A stretch of DNA of 44,451 bases from a virus. Its lineage: Duplodnaviria > Caudoviricetes. A model generated the notes under the pieces. That model had not been told where the DNA came from and searched no databases. It saw nothing but the letters and a program-made list of their open reading frames with translations. The first letter of the stretch is position 1, and each line of letters starts with the position of its first letter. Made by a program: the position numbers and the translations under genes. Below, piece by piece: positions 36,210 through 44,451 of the stretch. The stretch spans positions 1-44,451 of the IMG/VR virus record IMGVR_UViG_3300037522_000072, one strand, 5' to 3'.

Positions 36210-37022
36210 TCAAACCATGATCACTCGACGCAAAGATGAAGCCGTAGGAGTACATTCGGCCATGAACTCAGCGACGTGATACGGGTTGATTGTTGGAAGA
36301 ACTTCAGCATGACCTGCTGGGGGAAACTCAAGTCCTGAAGCAGTAACGCCGATTGCCGCGATCATTGCTTCCTGAGTCTCTGGTGGAACCGTGACATCAG
36401 ATCCGCCATAGAACGCTTTGTATCGAAGACCGTTGAACACTCCCGCAGTTGCCAGCACGATTGGATCGTAAGCTGGCTGATTCGCCGGCCAACCACCCTG
36501 ACTGGCCCAGGTGATGTCAAATAGAACATCCCAACCCTCACCATTGTCGTACAGAGCTTGTGAGTCAACCACGGGCGCGAATCCAATCGCGCACAACGTA
36601 TCGCTCATATGATCATCAGAAATCCACGACCACATATTCGTGCTACCCAAAGAAGTGCCAATGAGTATCACACTACCGGGAGCAGCTACGAGATTGGCTT
36701 GTCCGGCCGTGATCCCTTCTGAGATTCGAGCCCGACCGTGATCATGACCAAACAAAGAACCTACATCGACGGCGATACACGAGAACCCAACTGAGGCCAG
36801 ATAAGTAGTGATCGTGTCGATAGGACCAGGATCAGTCATCTCTGTTTCATTGACAAACGCGCCATGACAGTAGACAACCAAGGGAAACCCTGGGCCATCA
36901 ACGGCATTCTTGGCGACAAAGTTCTGTTCAGTTGAAGGAAGTGTTCCGGCTGATTCCACCACGTCATACGTATCAAACACGTAATGTGTAACCGCCTGAC
37001 CTGAAATAGTGGCGAGGGGCAT
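36210..37022 (-). CDS. alpha/beta-hydrolase (esterase-like)
   Basis: VVYCHG, nucleophile elbow GTSLG, GGSDVTVP, AGH; TAATG start at 37022. Confidence 0.8.
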   Translation of the reverse strand: MPLATISGQAVTHYVFDTYDVVESAGTLPSTEQNFVAKNAVDGPGFPLVVYCHGAFVNETEMTDPGPIDTITTYLASVGFSCIAVDVGSLFGHDHGRARISEGITAGQANLVAAPGSVILIGTSLGSTNMWSWISDDHMSDTLCAIGFAPVVDSQALYDNGEGWDVLFDITWASQGGWPANQPAYDPIVLATAGVFNGLRYKAFYGGSDVTVPPETQEAMIAAIGVTASGLEFPPAGHAEVLPTINPYHVAEFMAECTPTASSLRRVIMV

Positions 37023-37753
37023 TACACCCTCCGAGCCCGCGTCAGGTATGCGCCAGCACAAGTAGTGGTAAACGCCGCATCGTTGTGTGAATGCGTCGTA
37101 TCGAGAGTGATATTGATTGCCGCGTTCGTCGCGACCGTAGGCGCACCCGAAATTCGTCGTTCCAGAGTGGTGTCTACACCGGGAGCAGAACCAAAGTTCA
37201 CCACCGACGACGGTTCAAACTTCCCATACGGTCCAAGCAACTCCGAGGCATCAGCCTCTTTGATGAGAAGAGTGAAGTGAATCTCCCAAGTGAAAAGCTG
37301 CGCGTTGGCCATTGAAATAGCAAACGGTGTCCACAGTGACGTCCCGCCGAGCTGACAACGAATTTGCGACGTCCGACCCGCTGAACCAGACAAATTCAAT
37401 GAGTTGCCATTTGCAGCAAAGAAGTAGATGTCACCGATTTGAGAGTCATCCGGTATCTGCATTGGTGATGCGGCGAACAACGTTGTCAGTGAAGTAGTAC
37501 CACTAACAACTGCGCCATTATCGCTGTCGATGACCCCGAGAAGCGACTGCATCCCAGCTTCGACATCCGTGGCAGCAAACTTTGTGTTTGACAACGGTAC
37601 AACGGATGCGTCTAACGGAGTACCAAGCGACGCGAAGTATGTGGCTACGTCATCAATGTCCAAATTGACGGAATCGGGAGTTGCTGGGCGTACACCACGG
37701 AGTAGATACCCCGTCGCGGGGACGACGGTAGATAGTTCGTCCTCTTCTGGCAT
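37022..37753 (-). CDS. fibre-like structural protein
   Basis: 'DASVVP...ATDVEAGMQSL' fibre repeat motif then a beta-rich domain; GGAGG RBS. Confidence 0.6.
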   Translation of the reverse strand: MPEEDELSTVVPATGYLLRGVRPATPDSVNLDIDDVATYFASLGTPLDASVVPLSNTKFAATDVEAGMQSLLGVIDSDNGAVVSGTTSLTTLFAASPMQIPDDSQIGDIYFFAANGNSLNLSGSAGRTSQIRCQLGGTSLWTPFAISMANAQLFTWEIHFTLLIKEADASELLGPYGKFEPSSVVNFGSAPGVDTTLERRISGAPTVATNAAINITLDTTHSHNDAAFTTTCAGAYLTRARRV

Positions 37754-37908
37754 TACCGCGCCTCCATCAAATCTTGACCATCAGCGGTATCAAGAAGTAC
37801 ACCGTCAGCCGTCTCGAGTTGCTGAGCAGGCGGCAACTCTGATGGGCCAGAGTCCGACGATCGTTCATCACGTCGAACACGCGAGCCGGGGCGTTCATCT
37901 CGATTCAT
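37753..37908 (-). CDS. 51-aa peptide with LETADG/LDTADG repeats
   Basis: Hand-translated; ATGA and TAATG overlaps; resembles L-x-T-x-D-G fibre-attachment motifs. Confidence 0.6.
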   Translation of the reverse strand: MNRDERPGSRVRRDERSSDSGPSELPPAQQLETADGVLLDTADGQDLMEAR

Positions 37909-38246
37909 GTACCAACACCTTCAACCGAATAGGCATTACCATCACCAACAAGGGATGCTCGGTGACATGCTGTAGCAGCCGTAGTTGACCCTGGAACACC
38001 AATCGGCGCGGCGTTGGCAAAGATCCCATCAGCGGGACCAAAGACCTTGGATTTACCCGGCATGATCACTTGTGTGCTCTTGGCCGCCCGAATCGCAGTA
38101 ACACCATCAAACCGAACATCCAACCGTTCAGACGCCGAATGATTGGTGATCTCGATGTGGGGCCAGAACTGTGTAAGAAGAACTTCATCCGCGTCTGTTG
38201 ATGTCAGAGTCGAATGGTAGGACTTCACGTCGTTACCGGATGCCAT
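37905..38246 (-). CDS. small beta-rich structural protein
   Basis: AGGAG RBS; 'IEITNHS...VRFDG...IMPGKS'. Confidence 0.65.
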   Translation of the reverse strand: MASGNDVKSYHSTLTSTDADEVLLTQFWPHIEITNHSASERLDVRFDGVTAIRAAKSTQVIMPGKSKVFGPADGIFANAAPIGVPGSTTAATACHRASLVGDGNAYSVEGVGT

Positions 38247-38248
38247 AG

Positions 38249-40069
38249 CTAACTCCTAGTTCGTTGGCGAGCACCAGGTGCTTGTCCGAGTTCACCTGCG
38301 GCCTGTTTCTGCGCGCGTACTCGTTGTACAACCTGAATACGATTCGGCCAGTTATGCGCAACGAGAAGTGCCTCTTCGTCAATTGCACCCATGCCGTACA
38401 GAACATCAGCTTCCTGCGCGCGTTGCGACTGTGACATCGGAGTTTCAGCGCCGGTATCAACAAGAAGCTGGAACTTCATCGGCAACCGACCCTTATCGGA
38501 TGGCATGTAGAAATGGTTGTTGCGGAGAGTGAGAGACGTCTTCTCACCGGATGGACCAACCTGCGCGACAATACGTGGCGTGTCGTAATACTCCACGATC
38601 ATTGAAGCGAGCTTGTTCCCCGCGCGACGTAAGGACCGCTGCAAGTTCCGTAGAGACATTCGGATACGCACGAACGCAGCTTCTTGCACCGCGTCGATAA
38701 CCCCTTGCGCGTTTCGTCCGGTGGGGGTGGCTCCACGTACAACTGCTGATAGTCCACTGACTCGCTCCATCTGTGAAATGTAGAACTCGAGCAGATTGAT
38801 GTTGAGCTGAGGATGAAGCTGTGGAGGGTTCAGCCACTCCGCGACAGAATTGGGAGAGTTGACGGTGATGCGCTGGCCAGGTTTGTTTGTGATCTTCGTC
38901 CGCATCAACCCAGCGCGCACATCTTCCTTGAAGACCGGATTACCAACAAGCCAGATGTTGTGCTCCATTGCCGCGAGCATCCGATTTAGAGATACCTGCA
39001 TCGGTGTAAGAAGCTCAACGAGAGATGGCGCGTACATCTCGCCACGGTCGTGTGGAACGTAGCGTTCGTAGGGATGCTGGCCATGCGACCACAAATTCTC
39101 GGCCGGCTCATCCATAACGACACGATTGCCAGCAACGACAACACACCGCCAACCAACATACCGACGATTGTTGTCAGAAATGATGGTTCGCAACCACGCT
39201 TCGATCACCGTGACGCCAGGTTCATCAACCGGTGACAAACGATCGGTTTGACCAGGGAGACCATAAGCGGTTGAAGTTGCGGGTGCGATAGCTGCCGGAT
39301 TTGCCTTCGGCATGTGACCACGTAGTTGAAACGAATCGAGAGTGGTGGGTGCTTCATCGGACTGTTCCTCATACAGACCGTGTGTGCCAATACGTGCAAG
39401 AGAACCAGGGAAGCGTTCCTCGAGATCCTGTGCCGCCATCGTCTTGACCTCGAGGATGTAGGTCATGTCGGTGTCTGACCGCGCATCCGGATCGTGGTAG
39501 ATCGTAAACGGATCGGCACGAGTGAGCTGCGCGTTGCCAAGTCCACCTTGCGCATTTTGGTTCCAGATGCACTTGAACCAGCCAATGCCGTACAAGTTGC
39601 CGTCGTAAACGACCTTCTCGATCTCTGCGTCATAATCCTCGAGCTGCCATGTAGCTTGAAGGACAGTAGTGAGGTCGTGCGCGAGAGTGTCGTAGAACTC
39701 GTAGTATGGAGTAAACGCTTCGGCTGCGGGCGCGACAGTGAAGTTGGGACGGTTATCGGTTTCCCACGCGCTGATCGTCGCGACGATGGGGTAGATTTCG
39801 GGGACTTCCGGATGTGGCATCCAACCGGCACGGTTCGGCCACATGTTGTTGGGCTCCATGATGTTGTAGGAGTCCACCCAACGAGTCGTCAATGACTTGC
39901 GCTTCTCACGGGCGCGGTAGAAGAGATTCTTGATCTCCGATACCGTTCGCATCTCGCGCTCGAGCGACATGTTGACCGAGACGTTCGGACCACCACGAAT
40001 CGTCGCTTCCGGCTTGTGCGCGTCGGTCAGGTCACGTCCCATCGACCCGATCACGTCAGTCACAGCCAT
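38249..40069 (-). CDS. portal protein
   Basis: 606 aa downstream of TerL; YGIGWFK, DPFTIYHDP, Q.SLNR, ERVSGLS..VRG patterns of P22/T7-like portals. Confidence 0.85.
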   Translation of the reverse strand: MAVTDVIGSMGRDLTDAHKPEATIRGGPNVSVNMSLEREMRTVSEIKNLFYRAREKRKSLTTRWVDSYNIMEPNNMWPNRAGWMPHPEVPEIYPIVATISAWETDNRPNFTVAPAAEAFTPYYEFYDTLAHDLTTVLQATWQLEDYDAEIEKVVYDGNLYGIGWFKCIWNQNAQGGLGNAQLTRADPFTIYHDPDARSDTDMTYILEVKTMAAQDLEERFPGSLARIGTHGLYEEQSDEAPTTLDSFQLRGHMPKANPAAIAPATSTAYGLPGQTDRLSPVDEPGVTVIEAWLRTIISDNNRRYVGWRCVVVAGNRVVMDEPAENLWSHGQHPYERYVPHDRGEMYAPSLVELLTPMQVSLNRMLAAMEHNIWLVGNPVFKEDVRAGLMRTKITNKPGQRITVNSPNSVAEWLNPPQLHPQLNINLLEFYISQMERVSGLSAVVRGATPTGRNAQGVIDAVQEAAFVRIRMSLRNLQRSLRRAGNKLASMIVEYYDTPRIVAQVGPSGEKTSLTLRNNHFYMPSDKGRLPMKFQLLVDTGAETPMSQSQRAQEADVLYGMGAIDEEALLVAHNWPNRIQVVQRVRAQKQAAGELGQAPGARQRTRS

Positions 40070-40569
40070 CTGGTCGCCTCTCGCTCACCACGCCGGGCGC
40101 CGGCCGGGTCGCCCTCGTCGTGCGTCCGACGATATGTGGCCTCAAGCCCGTCGTCTGTAACCCCCGCCTCTTCGGCGTACTCACGCACATCGCGCAGCTC
40201 GAAATTGGTGTCCAGGTTGAGGCGCTCCGTGCGTTCCTCACTCTTCTGTTTCCAACGATCCTCGAGCTTGACCTTGTTCGGCACGTACTCACCCAGCGCG
40301 ACGTTGTAATGATCGGGCATTGGCATCTTGAATGGTGGCGCGAAGAAACGCTTCTTCAGCATGGAATACTGGCGCGGTTGGTCATCAAGACCATGGGTAC
40401 AAACCGGACAGAACAGTTGCGACTCGTTGATGGGGAGGATGACAACGTGATCGCAGTTGTCGCCACGGTCATACTGCCAGGTGGAAGCGTTGTTAGCGAA
40501 GATGTGATCGGTGAGGCCGATGTCAAACGCCGTGTCAGGGGAGATAAAGTAAGTAGTCATAGTTGACAT
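40060..40569 (-). CDS. zinc-ribbon (FmdB-like) protein
   Basis: C.H...CPVC, 'HYNVALGEYV'; usual position between TerL and portal. Confidence 0.6.
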   Translation of the reverse strand: MSTMTTYFISPDTAFDIGLTDHIFANNASTWQYDRGDNCDHVVILPINESQLFCPVCTHGLDDQPRQYSMLKKRFFAPPFKMPMPDHYNVALGEYVPNKVKLEDRWKQKSEERTERLNLDTNFELRDVREYAEEAGVTDDGLEATYRRTHDEGDPAGARRGEREATRWL

Positions 40570-40587
40570 CCATGAGATAATGACGGT
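40570..40587. promoter_or_regulatory. candidate bidirectional promoter for two leaderless genes
   Basis: + strand TGA-GATAAT 6 nt before ATG 40588; - strand CATTAT 7 nt before ATG 40569; no RBS on either side. Confidence 0.45.
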
Positions 40588-40827
40588 ATGGAACTAAATA
40601 ATGTCAGTGAGTGGGTCATCGAGTTTGAGGATGATGGTGGCAAGTTCTACGCCGGGCTTGCTGATGGTGCTTGGGGGTTTGCACCAACGACAGAAACGGC
40701 TGAAGTCTTTGCGACTGAAGAAGTCGCAAGACGACTACTAACCAACGCGTACAGCGCGATAGCAATACATCTGGCAACCATCAAGGAACTTCCCCTTCAA
40801 CTTCCCGATGGTACTGCTCGAGAGTGA
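40588..40827 (+). CDS. hypothetical protein on the opposite strand within the packaging operon (moron-like)
   Basis: 79-aa globular-looking ORF; no competing minus-strand ORF over most of its length. Confidence 0.6.
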   Translation: MELNNVSEWVIEFEDDGGKFYAGLADGAWGFAPTTETAEVFATEEVARRLLTNAYSAIAIHLATIKELPLQLPDGTARE

Positions 40828-40960
40828 TTGGGTGCGCGGCGGTGACGTGATCTTTGAGCTTCACGCCGTGCATGTAGCCTTTGACGCCATCACCCATGTT
40901 CACCGACTCGATGGACCCGCGTACTTTGGTGTGGTTCTTGTCATTCGTTATCAGAGTCAT
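40781..40960 (-). CDS. small hypothetical protein (MTLITNDK...)
   Basis: AGGGGA RBS; overlaps TerL end. Confidence 0.5.
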   Translation of the reverse strand: MTLITNDKNHTKVRGSIESVNMGDGVKGYMHGVKLKDHVTAAHPITLEQYHREVEGEVP

Positions 40961-42671
40961 CTTGTTCCCCTTGCCCCCACCGTTCCCACGGCATCGTCTG
41001 TGGCATCGAGTCGCTTCCTGGTTCAACTTCCCCCATCGTCCCGTACGCCGCAACGGGGGGCTCCATCATGTGTGTGATAACCGCAATCGCCAACGACATC
41101 ACCGTGTCGTCGTTCGGCTCACCGTTTGCATTGCCGTAGCCGCCGTTATCCAACGTGACGTAGTTGGTCATCTCCTGGTAGGTCTGAGGATCGTGAAGAA
41201 TAAGTGACCCGTCGTTGACAACCTTGATGAGCCAACCGATCGCAAGATGCTTAGATTGAGTGGTGGTGGACCACCCGTACTGTTCGGTGGAAACCTTGCC
41301 GGGGGTGGAGTCAGCTCGAGCCCGATTTGGAATGAATGGGTAGTTCATCCCGAGAAGCGCACCTATCGTCGAGTAACCAGGGCCTTCAATCTCTGACGTA
41401 GTGAGCGCCGTGTTGTAGTAAAGGCCGATCTTGTAGAGGTCTTGAGCGAAGGTGGCAGGATCAGTTCGGGTCCGTAGAACGGCCACCTGCTCGAGTGTGC
41501 GGCGGTTGATGACTTGAGCAGACGCGTAATCACCTCGTGTGGTGTGGGTCGGGTCACCGGCAACCACATAGATACCAAACTCGGTGTCTTCAGCGGGTCG
41601 CCTATAAACGGTGAATGGGCCGTCGCGATCAGACTCAAACGTAACTCGATTCCCATTACGTAGGAGGCGTCCGCGGTACCCCTGTACCCGTTTGAAGCAC
41701 CGGGTGAGGTTCTCGTAGTTGAAGACGTTGGTGCCAGACGACTTGAAAGCTTCTTCGGGGGTTGCCGGGTACTCCTGTTTGAAATCCTCAGCGGTAGCTT
41801 GACCAGTTTCGCCGGCGCGATTCTCGACAAGGTTCTTGATCGCGTATTTACGCCAGGTGAGACGATCATAGATTTCCTCCATTGATAGTGGTGGTGAAGG
41901 CTCGTACAGGTTCCACCGTTCAGACGGCGGATTCCGCATCAGATCAACAAGAGCCTTCTCGTCTTCATCTAGATGTTCGATCTTTGTACCAGGGATGCCG
42001 ATAGCCGACGCGCAGTATTCGGGGTGCTCCCACCACGGGAAGAAAAGTGGCTGGTACTCGTTCTCCCCAAGGCATGAGTTCACCCATGTTGAGTGGAAGA
42101 AGTTGCCTATGCCGTTAGCGGTGGACTCGAGTACGATGAACGTGCCAGTAGAAACATCGGGGATTGTTTGACGAATTGAAAGGTAGGTGGTGGACGGGTT
42201 CGGCCAGAACCCAAGCTCCGACGCGTGCAGGAAGTGACAGGTAGCAGATCGGCCGGTTTCTTCATTACCGGCCGTAGCGACATAGATGGAGGATTCGGTT
42301 TCTTCCCAGGCGATGTGGTTTCGGCCCGCGTATTTGGTGTGGTACAGCCCGGATGTTTTGTACGGGTGGTTGTCCCAATACCGGGAGGTCATCGCGAGAA
42401 GGTTCTGTGATGCCTCCTTCTCATGGCATATGACCATGACTTTATAGTTGGGAATCAGGAACGACATCACGAAGGCATTAGCTTCGGTGACGGTACTAAC
42501 ACCGATTTGCCGTGCCTTGAGCACAATGATGCGTACCCGACCAGTAGATGCAAGTTGTTCGTTGACAACGCGCATGTACCGCTTCTGCGCCCAATTCAAC
42601 TCAAAAGGGACAACGTTGACGTGTTTGTTGAGAATCTTCAACTTCTCGAGCTGAGGCGTCAGGTCAATCAT
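40941..42671 (-). CDS. terL: terminase large subunit
   Basis: IIVLKARQIGVST (Walker A), FLHASE (Walker B variant), ESTANG, FKQEYP, nuclease AGDP and NDDTVMS. Confidence 0.95.
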   Translation of the reverse strand: MIDLTPQLEKLKILNKHVNVVPFELNWAQKRYMRVVNEQLASTGRVRIIVLKARQIGVSTVTEANAFVMSFLIPNYKVMVICHEKEASQNLLAMTSRYWDNHPYKTSGLYHTKYAGRNHIAWEETESSIYVATAGNEETGRSATCHFLHASELGFWPNPSTTYLSIRQTIPDVSTGTFIVLESTANGIGNFFHSTWVNSCLGENEYQPLFFPWWEHPEYCASAIGIPGTKIEHLDEDEKALVDLMRNPPSERWNLYEPSPPLSMEEIYDRLTWRKYAIKNLVENRAGETGQATAEDFKQEYPATPEEAFKSSGTNVFNYENLTRCFKRVQGYRGRLLRNGNRVTFESDRDGPFTVYRRPAEDTEFGIYVVAGDPTHTTRGDYASAQVINRRTLEQVAVLRTRTDPATFAQDLYKIGLYYNTALTTSEIEGPGYSTIGALLGMNYPFIPNRARADSTPGKVSTEQYGWSTTTQSKHLAIGWLIKVVNDGSLILHDPQTYQEMTNYVTLDNGGYGNANGEPNDDTVMSLAIAVITHMMEPPVAAYGTMGEVEPGSDSMPQTMPWERWGQGEQDDSDNE

Positions 42672-43014
42672 GCCGACGTTTACGCTGATTCAGGAGTTTT
42701 CGTCGTGCAGATTGTGACGTACCGCCCCACACACCATGCCGAATGTCATTTCTCAACGCGTAATCAAGGCACTCTTCCCGAACGGGACAGGTCCTACAAA
42801 CCTGGATGCCTTTGGAAGCATCGAAATAGCCGTCTTCATCGTCTGGTATTGACGCGACAGCTACAAGGCCAAAAGTGGGAAGGTTGAGTAACTGGTTCGG
42901 TACCTGGGAGACAGGTGTGGTGGTGTCAAGCTCCGGTAAGTCGCTGAAAAACCAGTCTGCGGGTTTATCGCGACAAGCACCGAGGTCTTGCCAGTCCTCA
43001 TCCAGATCGGACAT
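42664..43014 (-). CDS. whiB: WhiB-family Fe-S transcriptional regulator
   Basis: W...GAC, WFF, CRTCPVREECLDYAL, GVWGGTS..R. Confidence 0.92.
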   Translation of the reverse strand: MSDLDEDWQDLGACRDKPADWFFSDLPELDTTTPVSQVPNQLLNLPTFGLVAVASIPDDEDGYFDASKGIQVCRTCPVREECLDYALRNDIRHGVWGGTSQSARRKLLNQRKRRHD

Positions 43015-43312
43015 CTGCCGGTGGCTCTTGCAAAGGAGGCGATGGCGTTGAGCCCTTACCAAAGAGTGAACGAATGCTTTCATTCATGGCGCGCACTTCA
43101 TCACGAAGCTGGTCCAATTCTTCGTCTGTGTTCTTATCTTTGGATTCTTTGACGATAGCTGAAACGAACTTGGTTATGAGTGCTTCTTGAACGCGTGGTG
43201 AGCCATGTTCCATCAGATATTCGGCACGCGTGAGTGCTGTGTGAAGGAACTTATTGGCTCGATCCTGAAGATCGGAGTCGATACCAACCGCGACTATTGG
43301 GTTATTCTTCAT
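42998..43312 (-). CDS. helical protein, candidate terminase small subunit
   Basis: Position upstream of TerL and helical pattern only. Confidence 0.4.
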   Translation of the reverse strand: MKNNPIVAVGIDSDLQDRANKFLHTALTRAEYLMEHGSPRVQEALITKFVSAIVKESKDKNTDEELDQLRDEVRAMNESIRSLFGKGSTPSPPLQEPPADVRSG

Positions 43313-43613
43313 CGTCAGGAACTCTCGCTCGAGCAACAGGGATACGACTAACAACCAGGAACCGTTGCTGAATACCGAGTTTGTCGGTCATCGCCCACGC
43401 GTAATCCTTCTCAACAAGGGGGATACCGATAATGAGAACAAGTTCACCAGAGCGTTCATCCATCCGGAAGTTCTTCATGTAGCCAACAAAGTCGGCGTTT
43501 ACTTCTAGATCACCAGCGACGATATCGGACACTGTTTCCCAGGTGTCATACTGATCGGCAAATCCACCCATTCGTGTCACTGAAGCTTCAGAGTGACGGT
43601 TGATGTCACTCAT
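43302..43613 (-). CDS. hypothetical protein
   Basis: ATGA overlap start at 43613. Confidence 0.6.
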   Translation of the reverse strand: MSDINRHSEASVTRMGGFADQYDTWETVSDIVAGDLEVNADFVGYMKNFRMDERSGELVLIIGIPLVEKDYAWAMTDKLGIQQRFLVVSRIPVARARVPDDEE

Positions 43614-43765
43614 GCCATACAGCTCTCGTGTGTGAATGACGGGTATTCGTGGCGCTTGTCTTCCGGATAGAAGATGCGAATAGCAGATGTGCGATCCCAA
43701 GCGCGATCACAAACGGTGCATTTCCCGAAGAATCTCACATGGTCCACAAACCCGCGTAGTGTCAC
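43610..43765 (-). CDS. small Zn-finger-like protein
   Basis: CTVC...HESC; TAGTG overlap. Confidence 0.55.
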   Translation of the reverse strand: MTLRGFVDHVRFFGKCTVCDRAWDRTSAIRIFYPEDKRHEYPSFTHESCMA

Positions 43766-44280
43766 TACTCGCCGCCTTCCAGATCTGCCATGTTCCATGT
43801 CATCATCTCGCCTGTGAAGTCGGGGTGGCCTGGTCCCGTCGGCATGGCCTTGATCTGCTCGAGTAGATCATCGCCGCTATCCACCCAACCTATACGCGTT
43901 GAAGGGTCCGTTGATAACGGTGTAGGGAGGAACGCTTCAGTTGGATCTTCGATGTCTTCAGAGCGTTGAAACCAAGGTGGCGCCTGTTCGACCTGTTCCG
44001 TCTCGTAGTTACTGTCAAGATCACCGTCGATCCCTGGTGAAGTCTTCGGTGCCGTTGGATGGATGACGGTCATGGTGGCTTGCTGGACGGCGGTAACTAC
44101 GGCATCGGTGATGGATGACGCGTTGCGCTCGAGTGCTGTGGCGTAGGTGTCAAGTGAGCGCCGGTTCTGGTCGTCCACCGTTCTGACCAGCTTGTTTACC
44201 ACCCACACGAAGAGGCCCGCCCCGGCGCCGGCCGCAGCCACCCCCATCAGTCGGTCTATGGCTGTTCGGTTATCGGGCAT
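43765..44280 (-). CDS. membrane-anchored hypothetical protein
   Basis: GAGGGGA RBS before ATG 44280; TM segment then acidic tail. Confidence 0.65.
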   Translation of the reverse strand: MPDNRTAIDRLMGVAAAGAGAGLFVWVVNKLVRTVDDQNRRSLDTYATALERNASSITDAVVTAVQQATMTVIHPTAPKTSPGIDGDLDSNYETEQVEQAPPWFQRSEDIEDPTEAFLPTPLSTDPSTRIGWVDSGDDLLEQIKAMPTGPGHPDFTGEMMTWNMADLEGGE

Positions 44281-44336
44281 GTTCCCCTCAAATCTCCCGG
44301 CAGATTTTCGCGCCGACGCCATATATCCAATCAGAG

Positions 44337-44435
44337 GATTTAGGGTAAATCAATTGCACGGTCAAAGTGAAGGTGTATTTGACAATAAACGTGCAAACCT
44401 CCAAGCGGAAAAAACATCAACCTAAGGTGATTATA
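44337..44435 (-). promoter_or_regulatory. AT-rich control region of the right-arm operon
   Basis: Minus-strand TATAAT (44430-35) and TTGACC-N17-TAAATC (44365-44337); nested inverted repeat at 44354-44396. Confidence 0.45.
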
Positions 44436-44451
44436 CCCTCCGGATGCTGAC

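Noticed and set aside
40563-40568. TTGACA as -35 for the plus-strand gene at 40588
   Set aside because: Only 7 nt from GATAAT; a correctly spaced -10 would overlap the start codon
1-44451. Prophage att sites, integrase, introns/inteins or genetic-code reassignment
   Set aside because: No recombinase motifs or host genes seen; TerL, helicase and capsid ORFs are uninterrupted under the standard code

Overview
The window looks like a complete or near-complete ~44.5-kb genome of a tailed dsDNA phage with a podovirus-like gene set. A WhiB-family regulator and the GC-rich composition point to an actinobacterial host. The left arm (+ strand, ~250-18200) holds short early ORFs, a hairpin-rich low-coding gap (~2100-3050) and a DNA-metabolism block. 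That block contains an RHH protein, a SWIM-DinG/XPD Fe-S helicase, an Acb2/Tad1-like protein, an SSB-like protein, a Cas4/YqaJ-like exonuclease, a Sak4-like ATPase, an ERCC4 nuclease, a family-4 UDG and an amino-DNA methyltransferase. The right arm (- strand, ~44300 to 18350) holds WhiB, TerL, portal, an accessory fibre/esterase cassette, scaffold, major capsid, decoration proteins, nozzle, adaptor, three ejection-type proteins, an XRE HTH, an M15 endolysin and holin-like proteins. I could not recognise a DNA polymerase, primase, DnaB, integrase, tape measure protein, tRNA or CRISPR array. The most notable leads are an ART/PARP-like enzyme coupled to a Glu/Pro-rich peptide, a tail beta-domain apparently split by an inserted gene, strong CTCGAG enrichment, a promoter-driven candidate ncRNA/origin, a bidirectional leaderless promoter, and a hairpin that forms only across the joined window ends. 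All family calls are from motif recognition by eye, with no database searches.
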